A DNA stretch of 63,994 nt, filler included, from Ionaspis alba (lineage: Eukaryota): assembly GCA_964255285.1 (NCBI GenBank). It is 6 parts of 6 records of this genome, joined end to end, with 100 filler letters (N's around TTAATTAATTAA, not from the genome) between each part and the next. Parts side by side here need not be neighbours in the genome. Positions count along the whole stretch, not along the records: positions 54,624 to 63,994 come from CAXUUL010000676.1; 5 more parts are not named here. The stretch is one strand, 5' to 3'. This document shows positions 63,798-63,994 of the stretch, one piece after another. The position numbers and the translations under genes are program-made. The notes below the pieces were generated by a model, which was given only the letters and a program-made list of their open reading frames with translations, ran no database searches and was not told the DNA's origin. Position 1 is the stretch's first letter; every line of letters begins with the position of its first letter.

Positions 63798-63994
63798 ATG
63801 TCCACCACCTCCACCAGCTCCTCCACAGGAACAAGCACTCCCTCCACCACCCTCACAATCCCCACAACCGATCACGCCACCTCCTCCTCTACCTGCACCA
63901 CAACCCATTTCCCAGGCCCTACACTCCACTCCCGCCCCACAACTCTCGTCCTCGTGCCCCCCGCCCCCCGGCCGCCCCCCCGCCGGGGGGCCCC
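63798..63994 (+). CDS. Possible 5' end of a Ser/Thr/Pro-rich gene divergent from the CCDC97-like gene
   Basis: ACAATG context and an open frame MSTTSTSSSTGTSTP... running to the window end. Confidence 0.35.
   Translation, partial: MSTTSTSSSTGTSTPSTTLTIPTTDHATSSSTCTTTHFPGPTLHSRPTTLVLVPPAPRPPPRRGA

Noticed and set aside
63955..63994. G-quadruplex-like C/G run at the window end
   Set aside because: Low-complexity, possibly low-quality sequence, and truncated by the window.

Overview
Intron-rich filamentous ascomycete (Pezizomycotina-like) nuclear DNA. The window is not one locus. It is six unrelated contigs joined by artificial 100-nt linkers (N44-TTAATTAATTAA-N44). The four complete contigs are about 10.8 kb each and fall in descending length order, so synteny across linkers is meaningless. 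Most genes are recognisable housekeeping or regulatory genes: queuine tRNA-ribosyltransferase, GNAT, CE16-like SGNH esterase, EMP24, Myb-like protein, divergent 14-3-3, catalase-related haem protein, RUD3, FAD monooxygenase, SOK1, RGA1 (partial), SWI6/Cdc10, LYR protein, QDE-1-type RdRP (partial), RA-PH protein, F-box protein, multi-TM protein, ADE2, GDH2, SSK1 (partial), WHI3 and CCDC97-like. I see no rRNA, tRNA, CRISPR array, intact transposon or multi-gene novel system. The best leads are a near-perfect 32-bp intergenic hairpin (milRNA-like), a 14-3-3 that has lost its phospho-binding pocket and has a structured upstream segment, a catalase-related protein with the Thr-His signature of hydroperoxide-metabolising enzymes, an apparently exonised intron in RGA1, a SET gene with one in-frame TGA, and a recurrent C-rich to G-rich switch at gene 3' ends. 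All identifications are by eye, with no database searches.
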